Origin: Eledone cirrhosa | Taxonomy: Eukaryota | Assembly (NCBI GenBank): GCA_964016885.1 | Contig: OZ024741.1 | Coordinates: forward strand, 74,524,001 to 74,588,000 | DNA: 64,000 nt | Direction of reading: 5' to 3' | Shown: one piece after another, positions 62,700 to 64,000 of the stretch | Numbering within the stretch: position 1 is the first letter of the stretch | How the letters are laid out: every line of letters starts with the position of its first letter | Translations under genes and position numbers: made by a program | The notes under the pieces: generated by a model | The model's input: only the letters and a program-made list of their open reading frames with translations | The model's database searches: none | Told to the model about the DNA's origin: nothing

Positions 62700-63440
62700 G
62701 TTGAATGAAAGAGAAAAAGTCCTTAAAATTAGCCATGAGTAGAAAAGTTTACACAGACAGTTGTTCGAAACTACCGAAAGGCAATCAGACAAGAAGGTAT
62801 TCCAGTGGCTAAAGAAAGAGACAGGAGACTTAATGTTAGCCGTGTAGAATCAAGCAATTACAAATAACAGAAAATGAAGACATCTAGATTTTGTGGTGAA
62901 AGATAAGAGATAGGGGTGCATGTAATTTTTGAATGCAAAATGCCTACTGAAGAGGATTATAAAAAGTGGAGACATGATAAAGTTGCTACAATCTTATATT
63001 GGTAAATTTGCAAAATATTTGAATTTGAGCATGTGGAAAAGAGGTATGACCATAAACTAGAATATCTCCCAGAAAATAGACATCCAAAAAGTATTATGGT
63101 ATATGATGATTTATATAGATAAGGAAAAAGGACATTCAAGCCCAAATATTGTTACACTCAATAAAGAGGAAAGGGTGCATTGGTTAATCAATGATGCTAA
63201 CCTGTTTAATACAAGAATGATAGACAAACAACTGGAGAAAACAGAAAAATTAGCAGGACCTAAAATATGAAATGGAGAAAAGGTATAATTGTTGCAAAGC
63301 TGTTATCATTCCAACTGTAATTAGAGACTGTGGCAAGAAGTTTATATGGTTGGTTGCATATGTTGGATATTGAGGAAAATTCTCTGACACAACAGAGTCT
63401 GTTGTGAAGTTGTTATAATCCCAATTTTAATAGGAACTGT
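62700..63440 (+). pseudogene. Heavily decayed R4/Dong fragment
   Basis: Remnants QWLKK..ETGDLMLAV*NQAI, HVIFECKM...YKKWRHDKVATILYW. Confidence 0.6.
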
Positions 63441-64000
63441 AAGAATAAAGGTAAGCAGTTTAAATGGTTGATTAAAGATGTTGGATAGTGAGGTGAATTT
63501 CCTGACTCTAGAGAAAGTTTATTTTATTTGGTACATTATCTAACAATTGAAAACTGTTGAAGTGCCTTTGATTGACCACTTGAGGCTAAACAATAATATG
63601 AACAACATTAGCATGAGCTAACAAGAGAGTTTCTACATATTTACTAGCATTGTGTGAAATAACTAAATCTCCTTCAAATTACACCCTACTATCTACAGAA
63701 AGTAAAGACACATTAGATAATGTAGTCATGGATATACAAAAAGATGGGATTATCACTGCTGGAATATCTTTGATCACAGTTATATCTGCTTGTTCGGTGC
63801 TGACCTAAGGCTAAATAACAATAATATAGTTGGCTTCAAGATGATGGAAATGAAAGCCAGGGTGTTGGTGAGAGGATAGGCGGTAGCAAAGCATGTCGTG
63901 GGGACACCCACAGCCTGCAAGGCAAACCCTTCCAATAAGTGAGAAAATAGCCTTCAAGTGTTTGTTGCAGTTATTATATAACAAAGAGATAGTAATATAA

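Noticed and set aside
1-64000. A novel multi-gene or prokaryote-type system
   Set aside because: No operon-like ORF cluster; every recognisable protein fragment except the DGK exon belongs to a known TE class.

Overview
AT-rich, repeat-saturated eukaryotic nuclear DNA. The mix of tRNA-derived SINEs, RTE, R4/Dong, CRE, CR1 and Penelope retroelements, MITEs, Helitrons and abundant TA/CA/ATT microsatellites best fits an octopus or other coleoid cephalopod genome (inference, not database-checked). The only host coding sequence I can support is one 106-bp minus-strand exon (72-177) of a diacylglycerol kinase zeta/iota (rdgA-like) gene, so much of the window is probably its large upstream intron or 5' region. 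There is no prokaryotic-type system, CRISPR array, rRNA or genuine tRNA gene. Most notable: (1) two long near-perfect hairpins created at the 5' ends of SINE insertions, one by snap-back at the tRNA-like anticodon arm and one by inverted copying of flanking DNA inside a TSD; (2) a young RTE LINE with a PHD-type finger inside its RT region, whose 3' UTR is shared by a SINE family in the same window; (3) two non-autonomous Helitrons with identical 5' ends but different bodies; (4) decayed minimal hammerhead motifs. Coordinates of old, decayed repeats are approximate, and family names A/B/C are my own labels.
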